The position numbers were made by a program, and so were the translations under genes. The notes beneath the pieces were generated by a model. That model ran no database searches. It saw nothing but the letters and a program-made list of their open reading frames with translations, and was not told where the DNA came from. A DNA stretch of 64,000 nt from Phoronis australis (taxonomy: Eukaryota > Animalia > Phoronida). Location: contig NMRA01000199.1 of NCBI GenBank assembly GCA_002633005.1, positions 504,995 to 568,994 of the forward strand, given 5' to 3'. Within the stretch, counting starts at the first letter, position 1, and the number at the start of each line of letters is the position of its first letter. This document shows, piece after piece, positions 39,847-52,498 of the stretch.

Positions 39847-40595
39847 AAAACACCGCTAAACCCTTAAGTTAGATCTCTCAACCTTCTCCGTTCAGTTTTA
39901 ACTATAAATCAATTAAGCATAAAAATGGTTCCAGGTGATCAGTGAAATGGGCCCCTCTGAACGGCCTGAGCATGTCTGATAAAACATATACCAGACCACC
40001 TGGAATTACTTCTTTATTTATAAGTACCAATGATTCGAGTGCAGCGCAGAAATATTTAAATGGATAGCATCTGTAGTGTGATTCACTACCTATAGAAATG
40101 TTTACGATTTGACAGTGCTATTTATCATCAATACTGCAAGACACTTCCATTAATTACCGATCACATGCTTGCACTACGGTAATGATAGATTGACAAGGTT
40201 GTTTTTGATCAAGACGGGTGTTCTCACACACTTTAAACTTCAACACATGTACAACGAGATTCTGATTTTTGAGTTAACAGGCCTAAGGAAAACAATTTTG
40301 GTCATATGTCAAAAAAAACCCTTTGCTTTAGATCACTTGCAATTATAGACTTGGTCTCATCTTTTCCCTCACTCAAATTAGAAGGACATGATTTCTGGAC
40401 TTGGAATGGACAGGTATTGCTTGAAACCAAGATTGACAAGTGTTCTTGCCACGTCGGGCCATTTCATGTGCCACGTATGGTCTCAAGAGTAAACAAGTCA
40501 CCAATTCTTTCCCAGCCCAGCTTGAGAAACACTTCTCATTTGAATAGGAAACAAACTGAGACAATTTGATAGGAGTAAGGGGTCTAAATCAAAGG

Positions 40596-40756
40596 TTTGT
40601 TTCTTTGATGTATAAATACAGGTTTATCGCAGCTTTTTGTTTCTTTGATGTATAAGTACAGGTTTATAGCAGCTTTTTGTTTTTTTGATGTATAAATACA
40701 GGTTTATAGCAGCTTTTTGTTTCTTTGATGTATAAATACTGGTTTATAGCAGCTTT
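40596..40756. repeat. 40-bp minisatellite, about 4 copies
   Basis: ggtttatagcagctttttgtttctttgatgtataaataca at 40621, 40661 and 40701 plus partial flanking copies. Confidence 0.9.
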
Positions 40757-40792
40757 AAGAACAAACAGTTTGCCAAGCAGACTATCACTCAC

Positions 40793-40918
40793 CTTCATCA
40801 AGCACACTTCCTCCACATTACAGTCAACGTCCATCTCCAGCAGACCCTCCAGTTTGTTGATGGAGACACTGGATGGCAACCCAGTCATATAGATGGCCTT
40901 CTGTCTGGCTGTGTCCAG
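40793..40918 (-). CDS. LRR-RRM gene, exon 15 (RNP2-like segment)
   Basis: ctttcag| ... |gtgagt, 126 nt; LDTARQKAIYMTGLPSSVSINKLEGLLEMDVDCNVEEVCLMK. Confidence 0.88.
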
Positions 40919-41230
40919 CTGAAAGTGAGACCAGCACTACTGAAGGGGTCAGAGTTGATTCATAGTATAAGAAGGAAAGCACGGGATGCCATCATAAATA
41001 CTCATTGAGGTCAATCTGTTCGAATGTAATACAATACATTTAAAGACATAAGACGCTGTCAAAACGTATGACAATACATTAAAAGACAGTCAGAAAATTC
41101 TCCATGCAATATCAAAAGACAAACTGGCAAAATGTTTTAAAGGCAGATAAAAGTTGGACCAATTACCAACTCGACTTTCACAGTGCTATGCTCTCATCTG
41201 GTCACCGCACATGAGAAAACAAAAACTTAC

Positions 41231-41307
41231 CTTAAGCCACGAGGGGGCATCTTTTTCAGATATGATTTCGTTCCATTCTGCTGATGTTAGGCGACATGCT
41301 TCATTTA
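41231..41307 (-). CDS. LRR-RRM gene, exon 14
   Basis: tgtttcag| ... |gtaagt, 77 nt, phase 1->0; VNEACRLTSAEWNEIISEKDAPSWLK. Confidence 0.85.
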
Positions 41308-41706
41308 CTGAAACAGGAAAAAAATTGACTGCATCAAATTTTCAAACACTAATTCACTAACTTAATCTACGCAAACCTCTTAATAACAGTTTTATAATTC
41401 TTAGGCACCACAGAAAAGCCAGGTAACATTAAGTAAAGTAACACTGAAGAGAAATTTCTGGAGGGATGAACACACTCAGCAGGTCATTCTAATAGAGGAA
41501 AAATACAAAAACTAACCCAGGGACATGTCAGAGTTTTCAAGTGTTATTTCTTTACAAAACACTTGATTTCTACCAAAACAATAGAGCAGGTGATATGATA
41601 CAAACTGCATCAGACATACGCACGCCGCTCAGCTGGGCCCATTGCACCTGAAACTATCTCCAAACCCAGCAATTGCTTTTGAAATGTTATCACAAACAAA
41701 GCTTAC

Positions 41707-41823
41707 CATTCCTCCTGAGGTGGGCTCCCAGCTGCAGGGCTTCAGATAAGGACAGCCATGGCTTCCTCTCCAAACTGAAGTCTGTGATGAGGGCAGCACT
41801 GTCTAAGCGACTACCCAGGGGGC
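41707..41823 (-). CDS. LRR-RRM gene, exon 13
   Basis: ctcacag| ... |gtaagc, 117 nt, phase 1->1; GPLGSRLDSAALITDFSLERKPWLSLSEALQLGAHLRRN. Confidence 0.85.
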
Positions 41824-42364
41824 CTGTGAGTACATATGCAGTGTGGTAATACACATCAGGTTTCAATGCATCATAATAGACAGAAAAACTCCTTGAAATT
41901 GACAATGTAGACAAAAAACAGCACACAAATTGCAAACTGAAAACATCAGTTATGAAATAGATGACTAACCAACAAAATAGCAATCAGAAGAGTGCACACG
42001 AAAATGAAATTTACCATGAGTGTGTAATTACATATCAAATCAAAGAGAATTCATTCCAATATCAAAAGCTTCAGTTAAAAAATGCCAACAGCATTTCAGG
42101 GGTGATTTCCATAGAAGCAAAAAACTTGCAAGATTAGCTACCGTGATCAGGTGCTTTGCTTGTAATGCATGGTGATATCTCACAAAGACTTGCGCGATCT
42201 TGCGTATTGGCAAGTTCTTTGCATCTACAGAAAGCACCCCAAACTAGAAAACTGGATGTAATAAAGGCATGAGAAACGACTTATCCCACTGCAGTCTCAC
42301 AGTTAGTTATCGAACAAGGGAAGGTAAAGCCTGATCTGGCCCTATCCAACAGGTCAGTACTCAC

Positions 42365-42505
42365 CAGGTACCCCTCCCAGTCCACTCAGGTTGACCAGAA
42401 GGCCATCCGGTAGAAGTGGTAACGGCACTGGGTAGTGGTCGTCGCCACGTTGTAGCATGTTGTCCTCCAACTGGCTCACTTCATCCACGACAGTTGAATC
42501 AAAGC
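42365..42505 (-). CDS. LRR-RRM gene, exon 12
   Basis: tttttgctacag| ... |gtgagt, 141 nt, phase 1->1; GFDSTVVDEVSQLEDNMLQRGDDHYPVPLPLLPDGLLVNLSGLGGVP. Confidence 0.85.
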
Positions 42506-43114
42506 CTGTAGCAAAAAGCATAAAAATTCAATAACTAGAGGAAAAGGCTTGAGTCCTGCATGTACAGCACAAGCCAAAAGGCTTGAGTCCTAAATGTACA
42601 GCACAAGCCAAAAGTATTCAGACAAAATGACTCGGAATTCCCCGTCATGACGGAGGATGGGACTCAAATTCCCCGTCAGAGTAGTCTCCCCTGATGACCG
42701 TCAATGAAGAGGAATTAACAGGAAGTTGCTAAGGTGGATGAGTCATTCTGTAATTAGAGTTCGTGTCCCTAATAGTTATTACTAGCAATCTGCGCTGCAA
42801 ACAGAATTAGCAGCCGCGACAGGAATACAGTATTTCGTCAGATTAATTTTGTCTTGAACTGTTCATTCCCAGATTTATAAAAGGACAAAATGAAAGCTGA
42901 TTTTAACCAAAATAAGAACCAAAGGACACCCAGTCTTTCATAACACAACAACATACAACTTGAACGTACAATATTTCAAAATTCCAACATTAATTCCCTG
43001 AAGTTAGGGAATGTGTCCTACCATGGGTGTACATTATATATCACGCATAGCAGTACAGAAAACTGTGTAGCCTGCAGTCATGGGTACTTGGATATCTAAA
43101 TATGTGCTACAAAC

Positions 43115-43249
43115 CTAGAGTTTTGGCCAACTTGACAAACACCTCGTTCATATCTTCTTCATCAAGCTGTGCATCCTGATTGTTGAGTCCCAGTTTTTTC
43201 AGCGGGGGTCTTCCCAGGCACCCCACTAAGGCAATTAACCCCTCTTTGC
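43115..43249 (-). CDS. LRR-RRM gene, exon 11 (LRR)
   Basis: ctttgcag| ... |gtttgt, 135 nt, phase 1->1; GKEGLIALVGCLGRPPLKKLGLNNQDAQLDEEDMNEVFVKLAKTL. Confidence 0.86.
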
Positions 43250-43580
43250 CTGCAAAGAACATCAGGTAAAATTGCATTCAAATCATCAGTTAAAAATAAC
43301 GGGTATCAGTCATGTCATTACAAAAACACAACTCTGATACATCTGTGACAGCCGGACAGTAGGGAAAACATGATGGTTGAACTGCTGCCCAGACATGTTG
43401 GTATCGTACATCGTTGTCGGAAAATTTTGAATATTTTAAATTATTTCAGTAAGTTGTTTACTTAATTCACAAGATCTACAGATTTAGAATTTTAAGGCAA
43501 TGTTTCCATTATGAACTTGGAAGTCGATAACTAATTAAGGGTCAATGCATGAAGCAAAATTCAGTGCATCAACTACCCAC

Positions 43581-43677
43581 CAATACAGTTGTATGGAAGA
43601 AGCAATGTCTCTATGCTACTGGTGCACTTGTCGGTGTGGAAGACTTGACTAATGGCTTTAGCACCGTCACACCCTAT
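43581..43677 (-). CDS. LRR-RRM gene, exon 10 (LRR)
   Basis: cttttgcag| ... |gtgggt, 97 nt, phase 0->1; IGCDGAKAISQVFHTDKCTSSIETLLLPYNCI. Confidence 0.86.
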
Positions 43678-43889
43678 CTGCAAAAGAGAACTACTAACGG
43701 TGAAATAGATTATTCTGATGGTTTTGAACTGTGATTTGAGTTGAAAAGATCTTGAACTTGTAATTTACAACAATTTTAGATAAAGGTACATTATACTGGT
43801 TGCTATAACATGAATCAGAAGTTCAATTAATTTTCACTTTTATTTAAATGACACTTCAAAACAGAGACACTAAGACAAAACCTTAGTAA

Positions 43890-44200
43890 AACACTGACCG
43901 GACAGGTTTGTTTTTGGAGACAAAAATTGACACACCCATGAACATTTTTGAATTCTCTCATCAATATCCATTCTCAAACTAATGTTGTGTTGGTTTGTGT
44001 GATGTCACGACAAGGGTTGGCGTATTTGACTGGTCGATTGTAAGAAGTGACCAATCAAATTCTCTGACTCTTGTCGTAAAGTCACACGCACCAATCAAAC
44101 GCAACACCAGTTTTAGAATGGATGCTGACAAGAGGATCTGAAAACCTTCATAGATACATCAGTTTTCGTCTCTGCGAAAAAGAACCCACACACTCAGCGT
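43890..44200. mobile_element. Diverged palindromic (MITE-like) element in intron 9
   Basis: Imperfect inverted symmetry centred near 44040 (e.g. atccattctcaaact / agttttagaatggat, tcacgacaaggg / ctcttgtcgtaa). Confidence 0.5.
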
Positions 44201-44685
44201 ATCTCCGAGATGGATGAAATTACTTTGTGATTCAAGTGAAACATTAAAAACAAACATGGCAATTAAAAAAATAATAAAACTACAGGACAAGTTTTAGTAG
44301 CTATGTGGTCTTATTACACTAAACTGAGTTTATTTATTTATTTATTATTGTGATATTTAAAATAAGGNGACTCTTGTCGTAAAGTCACACGCACCAATCA
44401 AACGCAACACCAGTTTTAGAATGGATGCTGACAAGAGGATCTGAAAACCTTCATAGATACATCAGTTTTCGTCTCTGCGAAAAAGAACCCACCCACTCAG
44501 CGTATCTCCGAGATGGATGAAATTACTTTGTGATTCAAGTGAAACATTAAAAACAAACATGGCAATTAAAAAAAAAAAAAAAACTACAGGACAAGTTTTA
44601 GTAGCTATGTGGTCTTATTACACTAAACTGAGTTGGAGATAAATACAGTAGTGCAGCTGCCATGACGATTAAACAAACCCCTTAC

Positions 44686-44903
44686 TCTGTTGTTGGACAA
44701 GTCAAGCCTTTCAAGAGGGTGTGCACCACCCTTTAACAAGGCGTTGGACAGCTCCACTAATCCAGCGTCTGTGAGCCTGTTACCACTCAGTTTCAGAGTG
44801 TGAGCCCGCAAGCCTTCACTCAGGGCCCTTGTTAATTCTGTCAAATCGTTGTCAGCAAGAGAACAGCCACTGAGACTGAGAGAGTCCAGTGTACATGATG
44901 AGC
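44686..44903 (-). CDS. LRR-RRM gene, exon 9 (RNI-type LRRs)
   Basis: ttattcag| ... |gtaagg, 218 nt, phase 1->0; LDSLSLSGCSLAD, LKLSGNRLTDAG, LERLDLSNNR. Confidence 0.92.
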
Positions 44904-45560
44904 CTGAATAAGAAGAAATGAAGACGTCAGATTTATAGCAACTTCCAACCAATGATTTATATATAAATCTCTACATATTAAAGCACACAAAGATGTAACA
45001 ACTTTTAATTAATAACTGATACAAAGAAAAAACACAAAATTATAATTACTGCACAACAGCCTGTCACTTATTTCTAACATTCAACGAAAACAGGCCATAA
45101 TCCAAGAAAATAAAATGGAAACAACTCAAAATATCTAACATATACAACACGTGGCTTTGCATGCAAGTATTATTTTTTCTTCTAAGGGTTGCATTTCAAG
45201 TGTGTCCACTGGGTAAATACTGGCACTTGAATTGCAGCATTTAGCACTTAGTTCAAATCCCTGCAGTTTGAGTACTAAATTACATTTACTACATCTCAAG
45301 ATGTGTATCACTCATTACACAATCCAGCAATGCCACTTAATATATTAATCTAAGCCCAACTTTTTCCAAGCATAGCAGCCAAAACAACTATTTTCTTAAC
45401 AAATCGTTTGCGACAACAGCTTTGGTAAAACAAGTGCAGTCATGTTCAAACTTGCTACTCAATACAATGGCGCAATACTTCATAGTTTGGATTGTCGACG
45501 TAATGTCACAATAGGTAATGACTGCAAATTTTAAAAGTTAAAAATAAATAAATACTGTAC

Positions 45561-45809
45561 CAAATAGTTTCCCCAGTGCCTGTGTTCCTGACAGCTTTAG
45601 TCCATCTAAGACCAGAGTACTTAGACATGGCTTTTGCCCTGATATATACGTCGACAACTCGGGGAGACTGCCTGTCGACATCTTAACCTTCCTTAGGTTC
45701 AAGAGGTGCAACTTTGGCCAACGTCCAGTTTTAAGCTGGTCAGCTACACAACTGGCATCGTTGGAGCTTAATGACAATCTTTCAACATTGCTGAAACCGG
45801 TAGAACGGT
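45561..45809 (-). CDS. LRR-RRM gene, exon 8 (LRRs)
   Basis: cttttcag| ... |gtacag, 249 nt, phase 1->1; VERLSLSSN, LHLLNLRKVKM, LSTLVLDGLKL. Confidence 0.88.
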
Positions 45810-46661
45810 CTGAAAAGATGAGAGGTATATGGGTGGGTTGGCAAAATATGCCTCCATTTATACGGTAACACAGACTCATTTTTTGAGATAACTGCCTTTA
45901 TCTACAAAACACATCGCCAAGAAAAAAACTTCTAGGAAATGGGTACCTGTCACATCAAAGTAGTAAGTAATATAGAAACGAAGGAAAATGATTGGAAACC
46001 GATTACGGGCAATAGACTCTGAGCACCATGGTCGTTGTCACATTCAATGCATGTTTTTGGCCAGTTTCTTGTTACTGCTTGTCCCCAGCCCATGTTGTGA
46101 CAGGCTTGAATGCTCTGACGAGTTTGGTGTGACAGACCCATACTGAGTATCTCTTAAAGTGGCTGTAAACTCGTCTTCCTTCATAAAATTCAACTTTTTA
46201 TTTAGACCACTCGCTGGTATGAAACTGGTCTGAAATTGTTCCTTAATCAAATTAGATGTGACTTTACAGCATTGAAAGAATTGACCGTTTGTTATTGCTC
46301 CAAGACCAGGCACTACAAGTTGGCTTGTTGTGGCATCTTTCCATGCACCAAGCATGACCTCAAGAGAAACTGTCTGTTGTTTTCAAGCCCAGAAGAAAGG
46401 CAAGACCAATTTTATAGCAGGGAATGGTCTCAAACAAAAGTTTGCTCTTATGACAAAACACGGGTTTACACCGTAAGTTTGAACAGCTCTTTAACACTTC
46501 GCTGTGTAGATGAGTGACACTAAGTGTATAAGTGAACGTGTAAGTCATCTGTAAAGTGAAGTTTTATAAGCCAACTGCTATTGTGCTAAAAATTTAGGGA
46601 ACATAGTCGAGTCTCTATTGGTACTGTTCCACGTAACTGACCACAGAAACCTTGAACTTAC

Positions 46662-46856
46662 CCCCGGTGGCATCAAACAGAGCATCCCAGGCCTGACTCG
46701 TCAACAAGGGGTTACTTTCCAAGTTTACATCTGTCAGCAGTGTCAGCATGCCAGCAACGCACTGTGCAAAGGCTGTCACGATGTTGTTTTGGAGACCATT
46801 GTTGGCCACACTTAATGAACGTAGGTTGCTAGGGCTGGTGCAGGATGGCAGGCAAG
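46662..46856 (-). CDS. LRR-RRM gene, exon 7 (LRRs)
   Basis: gatttcag| ... |gtaagt, 195 nt, phase 1->1; LRSLSVANNGL, LTDVNLESNPL. Confidence 0.9.
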
Positions 46857-47112
46857 CTGAAATCAATCACATGACATATATCCGGTCACACAATTTGCGA
46901 CTGGCACCCCAGCTGCAGCACCCCGATTTTAAGGTTGATGTGTTTTGTTATGAAAACTGTGTTTTGGTCCAATTATGACAAGCTAATACTCCAGTGTAAT
47001 AACTTGACTGAAGCAGAAATAAGTTCACAGAGGAGTCTATCTGCCTCTTTACATGTCACAGAATCTTTTAGTCACAGATTATACAAACCACTGTCTGTGC
47101 ACTTGAACTTAC

Positions 47113-47227
47113 AGACATCCACTTCTCCTGGCTGAGTCACTTTCATGTTGTCACAGATAAGCTGGTCCAGCGATGGCTTATCCGCGCACACAACGAGGAA
47201 GCGCAAAAACGCAGTAAACGAATGGAC
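47113..47227 (-). CDS. LRR-RRM gene, exon 6
   Basis: ggttgtag| ... |gtaagt, 115 nt, phase 0->1; VHSFTAFLRFLVVCADKPSLDQLICDNMKVTQPGEVDV. Confidence 0.82.
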
Positions 47228-48254
47228 CTACAACCAAACGATGAAAAGATATACTGAATATCATTGGTTTCACCACTCGACTTATTCAGTAATTGTCTGA
47301 ACACAACTGTTAACAATCTATTTAACAGCGTGACTACAGATTTTCCGTGACAAAATGTCTCAAATTCAGGTAGCAAGTGAAATTTTATTTTCACATTTTT
47401 TACATAAACAATAAGATGCACAATCTTATGCTTTAACACATTCAGTTCTGAATCATTGCTAGAATTTGACAATATTTTTCAAATGTAGGTAATCAATAAC
47501 AACAATGTTATAAGAATTCGAAAAAGGAAAGGGACAATTTGGGCATTTACTTTTGTCCGGAATTAGAGGGACTTTACGGAAGTTGCATTCGTTCACTAGA
47601 ATGCCCCTCGTGCACAGTCAATTACACCCAACAAGTCAAATTTCCTTGTGCCAAGAGCTGACATTTGTAGAAAACTCACTCCTATTATTACTTGGATGGG
47701 CGCGAAGAATCAGGGAATACGAGTAGCAAATACACCATTACTGCTATTTTCGAGCAGACATTTCCAGCTGTGTTGAGCGCTGCACTCGTTGAACGATAGC
47801 GAACAAGTGTTTTATAATCTCTGATGACGATTATCTAAATAGTAATCGCTTACTCAACAGACATTTCTGTGCATGATTCGTGCAATTTGAGCATTGATCT
47901 CACAAAACAAAACCTAATAAGAACCAGAAGCAGGGACTACAACTCTAACCATATACAACAGTGTTCTATTTTCTGGTCACAAACCGGCATCAACAGTAAC
48001 ATGGCATTTGTAGACAAAGGACGACAGAGTGCAGTTTGAAAATTATGACTGATCATCAACTGCACTGTGTTAAAATGATTTCTGTTACACATGTTGTATT
48101 TCTTGTCTTGCACATCATTTGACATAAACATTTGATGCTTTCAGCTTATCTTACAGGGCCTCAATTTTTGTGAGAAGTATGGTAAGTTAGTGCAATAATG
48201 CCGAACAAATGACCAACCAAACCTTAGCTCTGCCAAACAAACGACCAACCGTAC

Positions 48255-48383
48255 CTTATTTCCACTAACGTTCAGTGCAACGAGCGTGTTGTTTGAGCTT
48301 ACAGCGTCTATCAACAAGTCGAAGGCATCTTCACACAGGCTGCAGTTCTTGAGTTCAAGGCAACTAATGGAGCACAGCGGGGC
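48255..48383 (-). CDS. LRR-RRM gene, exon 5 (LRRs)
   Basis: ttttctag| ... |gtacgg, 129 nt; ISCLELKNCSL, LVALNVSGNK. Confidence 0.9.
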
Positions 48384-49255
48384 CTAGAAAAGGGTGAATA
48401 ACGAAGTCGCGTTATTTCAATTTACAATTTCATAGTTGCACAGTACTGCACAGTCTTTATTGATTTTACTTAACTTTACCAATAAGGTAATTCTTCACTT
48501 ACTTTTCAGAAAAAATCCAAGAATGCCATTTTTTCAAAGGCGAACAGACATGCTACAAATCATCAAAGTTTGCAAAAATGTCAATTTGTGCCAACTGCAC
48601 ATTTACAAATCATGAAAATAATGAGTAGAATTTTCTTAATGACTATGCTTGTTGAGAAATTCAATAAAACTGAAAGTGAATAACACAGGAAGAATTACCA
48701 TAAATACAACACAGAATTCATCTGCTGTTTAACAACTTTGTTTTAAATGGTGTTTAGTTTCATTTTCTATGATTTTGGCTCTCATGTTTCACTTCTAACA
48801 AGGATAATATCAATTAAACCTGATGACCGAACAAAAAGAAATCAACTAACATAACTTGACTGCTCACAAAAGGAAATTCAAAAAAGTTTGTGGGGAAACT
48901 GCTACTGTCACCAAAAGCAGTTTGTGACTGCTCATTATCTTCGGGTCAGAGGCACCTTTATCGCTCCGGTTGAGCAAGATCTCCGGAGATTCTCTTGACG
49001 AAAAGTACTCTTTTGGTCCTCATTTATCAACACAAACATTTCATAATGCGTCATTCTCCGTAAATATCTGTTAGAATGGAGTTACCAGAGTAGCCCTCAG
49101 CTTAAGTCTAACAGAAGGACATGTTCAAGGCAATAGTCTGATACAACGTGCCCATATTTTGAGAACTAGTTAGATGGCTGTTATTCAGAGGAGAAAACTG
49201 ATTCTCAAAATTCGAGCACGTTATATAAGACCATTACCAAGTTCATAGCACTTAC

Positions 49256-49394
49256 ACGGATGTAACTGGACAATTCTTGACCCACGACCTCACTGGTTAG
49301 AGAGTTGTTGCTCGTGTCAAGGTGACGCAGGGTATGGTTGTCGTGGACGTGTCGAAGAAATGCAGTCAAATCTGTACCTCCACAGCTATTGAAT
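49256..49394 (-). CDS. LRR-RRM gene, exon 4 (LRR)
   Basis: tgatag| ... |gtaagt, 139 nt, phase 2->0; NHTLRHLDTSNNSL. Confidence 0.88.
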
Positions 49395-49504
49395 CTATCA
49401 CAATTGGAAAAACATATTACCATGAAACCTGTACAAAAAGCAAATGGTACAAATTGGCTCACATTTCACTATAATAACTACAAACAGCTAAAATGACTAA
49501 TTTA

Positions 49505-50041
49505 GGGTATGTTTCATGAAAAAGTGACTTCAGACTACAAAGAGAGGGATGGAGGGAGGGAGGGACGGTGGGAGAGAGCGAGGGAGGGAGAGAGGAAGGG
49601 ANNNNNNNNNNNNNNNNNNNNNNNNNNNNNNNNNNNNNNNNNNNNNNNNNNNNNNNNNNNNNNNNNNNNNNNNNNNNNNNNNNNNNNNNNNNNNNNNNNN
49701 NNNNNNNNNNNNNNNNNNNNNNNNNNNNNNNNNNNNNNNNNNNNNNNNNNNNNNNNNNNNNNNNNNNNNNNNNNNNNNNNNNNNNNNNNNNGAGAGGGAG
49801 AGAGAGGGAGAGGGAGAGAGAGGGAGAGGGAGATTTGGTCTTACGCTCCCAATTCACAACTAGTGCATCATAGTTTAGAAATAATTCATAAAAATTGTTT
49901 CAGTGACAGTTATGTGTATATTCTCGGAAACTGTGACTTTGCTCAAGTGTGATTTAATTATTTTTTCTGAAATAGTTATGTTGAGTGTAAGACCAAATTT
50001 CTGTCTTTAAGTCTAATGTCACTTTTCATGAAACATACCCC
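49505..50041. mobile_element. MITE-like element enclosing a GA-rich microsatellite and an assembly gap
   Basis: TIRs gggtatgtttcatgaaaaagtgac / gtcacttttcatgaaacataccc; (GA/GGGA)n on both sides of 190 Ns (49602-49791); a related end near 50908. TSD unclear. Confidence 0.55.
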
Positions 50042-50386
50042 TGGGGTTCAAATCAGGTCTCTCTGTATTCGTGCAAGGGGAATCTGCAAAAGCTGTTAGG
50101 TGAACAATGAAGCCATGTCTAATAAAATGGGAGGCCTGCTTTGAATCCCAAACTGTAGAGTTTTGCATGGTCATTTATTAGAATAGTTTAGTTGAAATAA
50201 TAACTTAATATATTCTTGTTTCCAAGTTAACAAAAAGGGATTGCTAACTGTAATCCGATTCGTTAACAATGGTAAATAAAGAGCAGCATACGTAGAAAAC
50301 AAATTGCAATATAAAAGTAACATCACACCCACTCCAGCAGGTTTCATGTTTAAAACAGGAAGGTAACATATTCTTTGTCTACTCAC

Positions 50387-50523
50387 TTCAAAGTTTTCAA
50401 CGAGATATTAGTGGCAAGCGCCTGACCAACAGAGCGGGAGAAGTAATCTTTGCCTAAGTAATTGTCCGACACATCCAGATACTCAAGTGTGCAGTTCGTA
50501 CTGAGCATTTTGCCAAGGCAAGC
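50387..50523 (-). CDS. LRR-RRM gene, exon 3 (LRRs)
   Basis: atttcag| ... |gtgagt, 137 nt, phase 0->2; ACLGKMLSTNCTLEYLDVSDNYLGKDYFSRSVGQALATNISLKTL. Confidence 0.9.
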
Positions 50524-51828
50524 CTGAAATATAGCACATGTTATCATTCAAGAACAAAATCAAGTTATGTGATCTCTTAAAAGGCCAGTAAACCCACGCC
50601 AACAGTCCAACAAATTTTGACTTCGGTCACTCACTAATTGTAAAATCGGCCTCATCTTGTTTCTTGCCAGATTAGAAATGACCTCTAATCTTGAAAAGGC
50701 AATTAACAATTATTTGAGACTAGAGCTGTTGAGTTACTCATCATGGCGAGCTCATTTCAGTCACTGACGTAGTACAGCCATCAGGGGAATTTCAGATGAT
50801 TTATTGTACAGTAACCAACTGTAATTCTGGCAAAGTATAAGAATGACAAGATTTTGCTTCAGGAGAGCAAACACACTTGTGCAGAAAGCTGACGTTTTCA
50901 ATCCAAAGGCTATGTTTCATGAAAGTGGCTTAAGACTTAACACAGAAATTTGGTTTTATGCTCTACACAGCTATTTCAGAAAAACAATTCAATCCAGCAA
51001 TAGAATCACACTTGTACAAAACGTCCAAAGTTGCTGAGAATATACACATAAAGTGCTACTTACTGAGAAAATTTCTTTAAAATATTCCTAGACAGATGCA
51101 CTCCTAAATACATGCCTAAACCTTTATTCAGCAACTGTGAAGTAGAAGCAAATTTCTAAAAAATTAAAAATTAAGTCACCTTTCAAGAAACTGACCCCTG
51201 CACATGATTTTTAGAAGCCTTAACTCAGTCCTAAATAATACACCTGTCAAGGAATTACAAAAATGTACACAAATGAAAATATTAAAATTGCCACAAGGGG
51301 GCACAGTGGTAGTCAGATCCATCCGAAAGATGTTTTCATTCATTGTCACCTCCACAGGAATACACTTGCCAACTTTCATAAAGATCGTCCATAGGGTTTT
51401 AGAGATCTATACAGTGGCGGATGCTGAACATCGGATGCCAATACAGTTATGCCGGCAATATAAAGTCACATTATGTTGACGTGGGTGTGTAAAACAATGC
51501 AAACTGTATATTAAGAAAAAAATTACAATATTCATAACGAATCACCGCAAAATCTGGCCAGTTAGTTGAAATATGAGCAAGACCCACACAGAAAATGAAA
51601 ACTTCCATCAACGCAGCATAGTTTTCCAAGATTTACATTGAATAGATACAGTGTGATGTAAAATCTCACCAATTTTGGACAAAAGTATTGCTAGAATTGA
51701 TTTTCGTTCCTTCATTTGTCTAAGACTACAAATTAAAAAATTTAAAACTGATGTTACGACCGTCTTAAGCAAGATGTACACACTTGACATGAAACAGGCC
51801 CCTGGAATGGAGGTCATTTCATACTTAC

Positions 51829-51954
51829 CGCACAATCAACGTCAGTCGAATTACCGGCCAAGTTAAGCTTCAAAATTTGTGTGTTGTTGGCCAAGGAGAG
51901 AACAACAACTCTAAAAGCCTGTGGCCCCATCTTACACTCCGCTAAGTCAAGGTC
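51829..51954 (-). CDS. LRR-RRM gene, exon 2 (LRRs)
   Basis: ttttggacag| ... |gtaagt, 126 nt; DLDLAECKMGPQAFRVVVLSLANNTQILKLNLAGNSTDVDCA. Confidence 0.9.
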
Positions 51955-52498
51955 CTGTCCAAAATAAATCACCACGAATCAAATTAGTCTAGTGCACTTC
52001 TAAACGTGACCAACAATACACAGTACTAGGACACTGCCACGGTTGCTATCAGTAAGATCTCAAAAATGGGAAAAATGAGTGGTGACGGACAAAGCGCTGT
52101 AAAATCGTACAAGGAACCCTGTGGACACCACCACATGCGAGGTGCTTTTTTGCTTGAAATCGCCCATAAAAACAGGCAGTAGAGAACTCTGCTTTTCCAA
52201 TTTTCACAAGTGTTGGCAACCAAGTTGTAGCAACATATGAAAAGAGGACGTAATATGTGGAGAACACTGACTTCAACAATTTACACAAAAGTTCAATACG
52301 TTCTTTTTTAAAACCCAAAGCATTAATCATCTATTTTCTTTTACTCTTTTGGCTTGAAACCAGACCTGTCAAAACATTACCAAGCAAGTTCTATGCAACA
52401 AATACTTTGACTGCATATGTCAGAAAGTTCAAAAACTGAAACAAATATAGTTCACCTCGATATCACGTTTAAAGTTTTGTGATATCTGTACCACTTAC

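Noticed and set aside
39776-39850. tRNA gene
   Set aside because: A and B boxes are present, but acceptor and anticodon stems do not pair convincingly. Treated as a SINE head.
44066-44634. 265-bp direct duplication (44066-44330 and 44369-44634)
   Set aside because: The copies meet at a single N (44368). Most likely overlapping contig ends or haplotypes joined in scaffolding, not a real duplication.
49459-49952. ORFs spanning poly-X
   Set aside because: Artefacts of the N gap and GA microsatellite.
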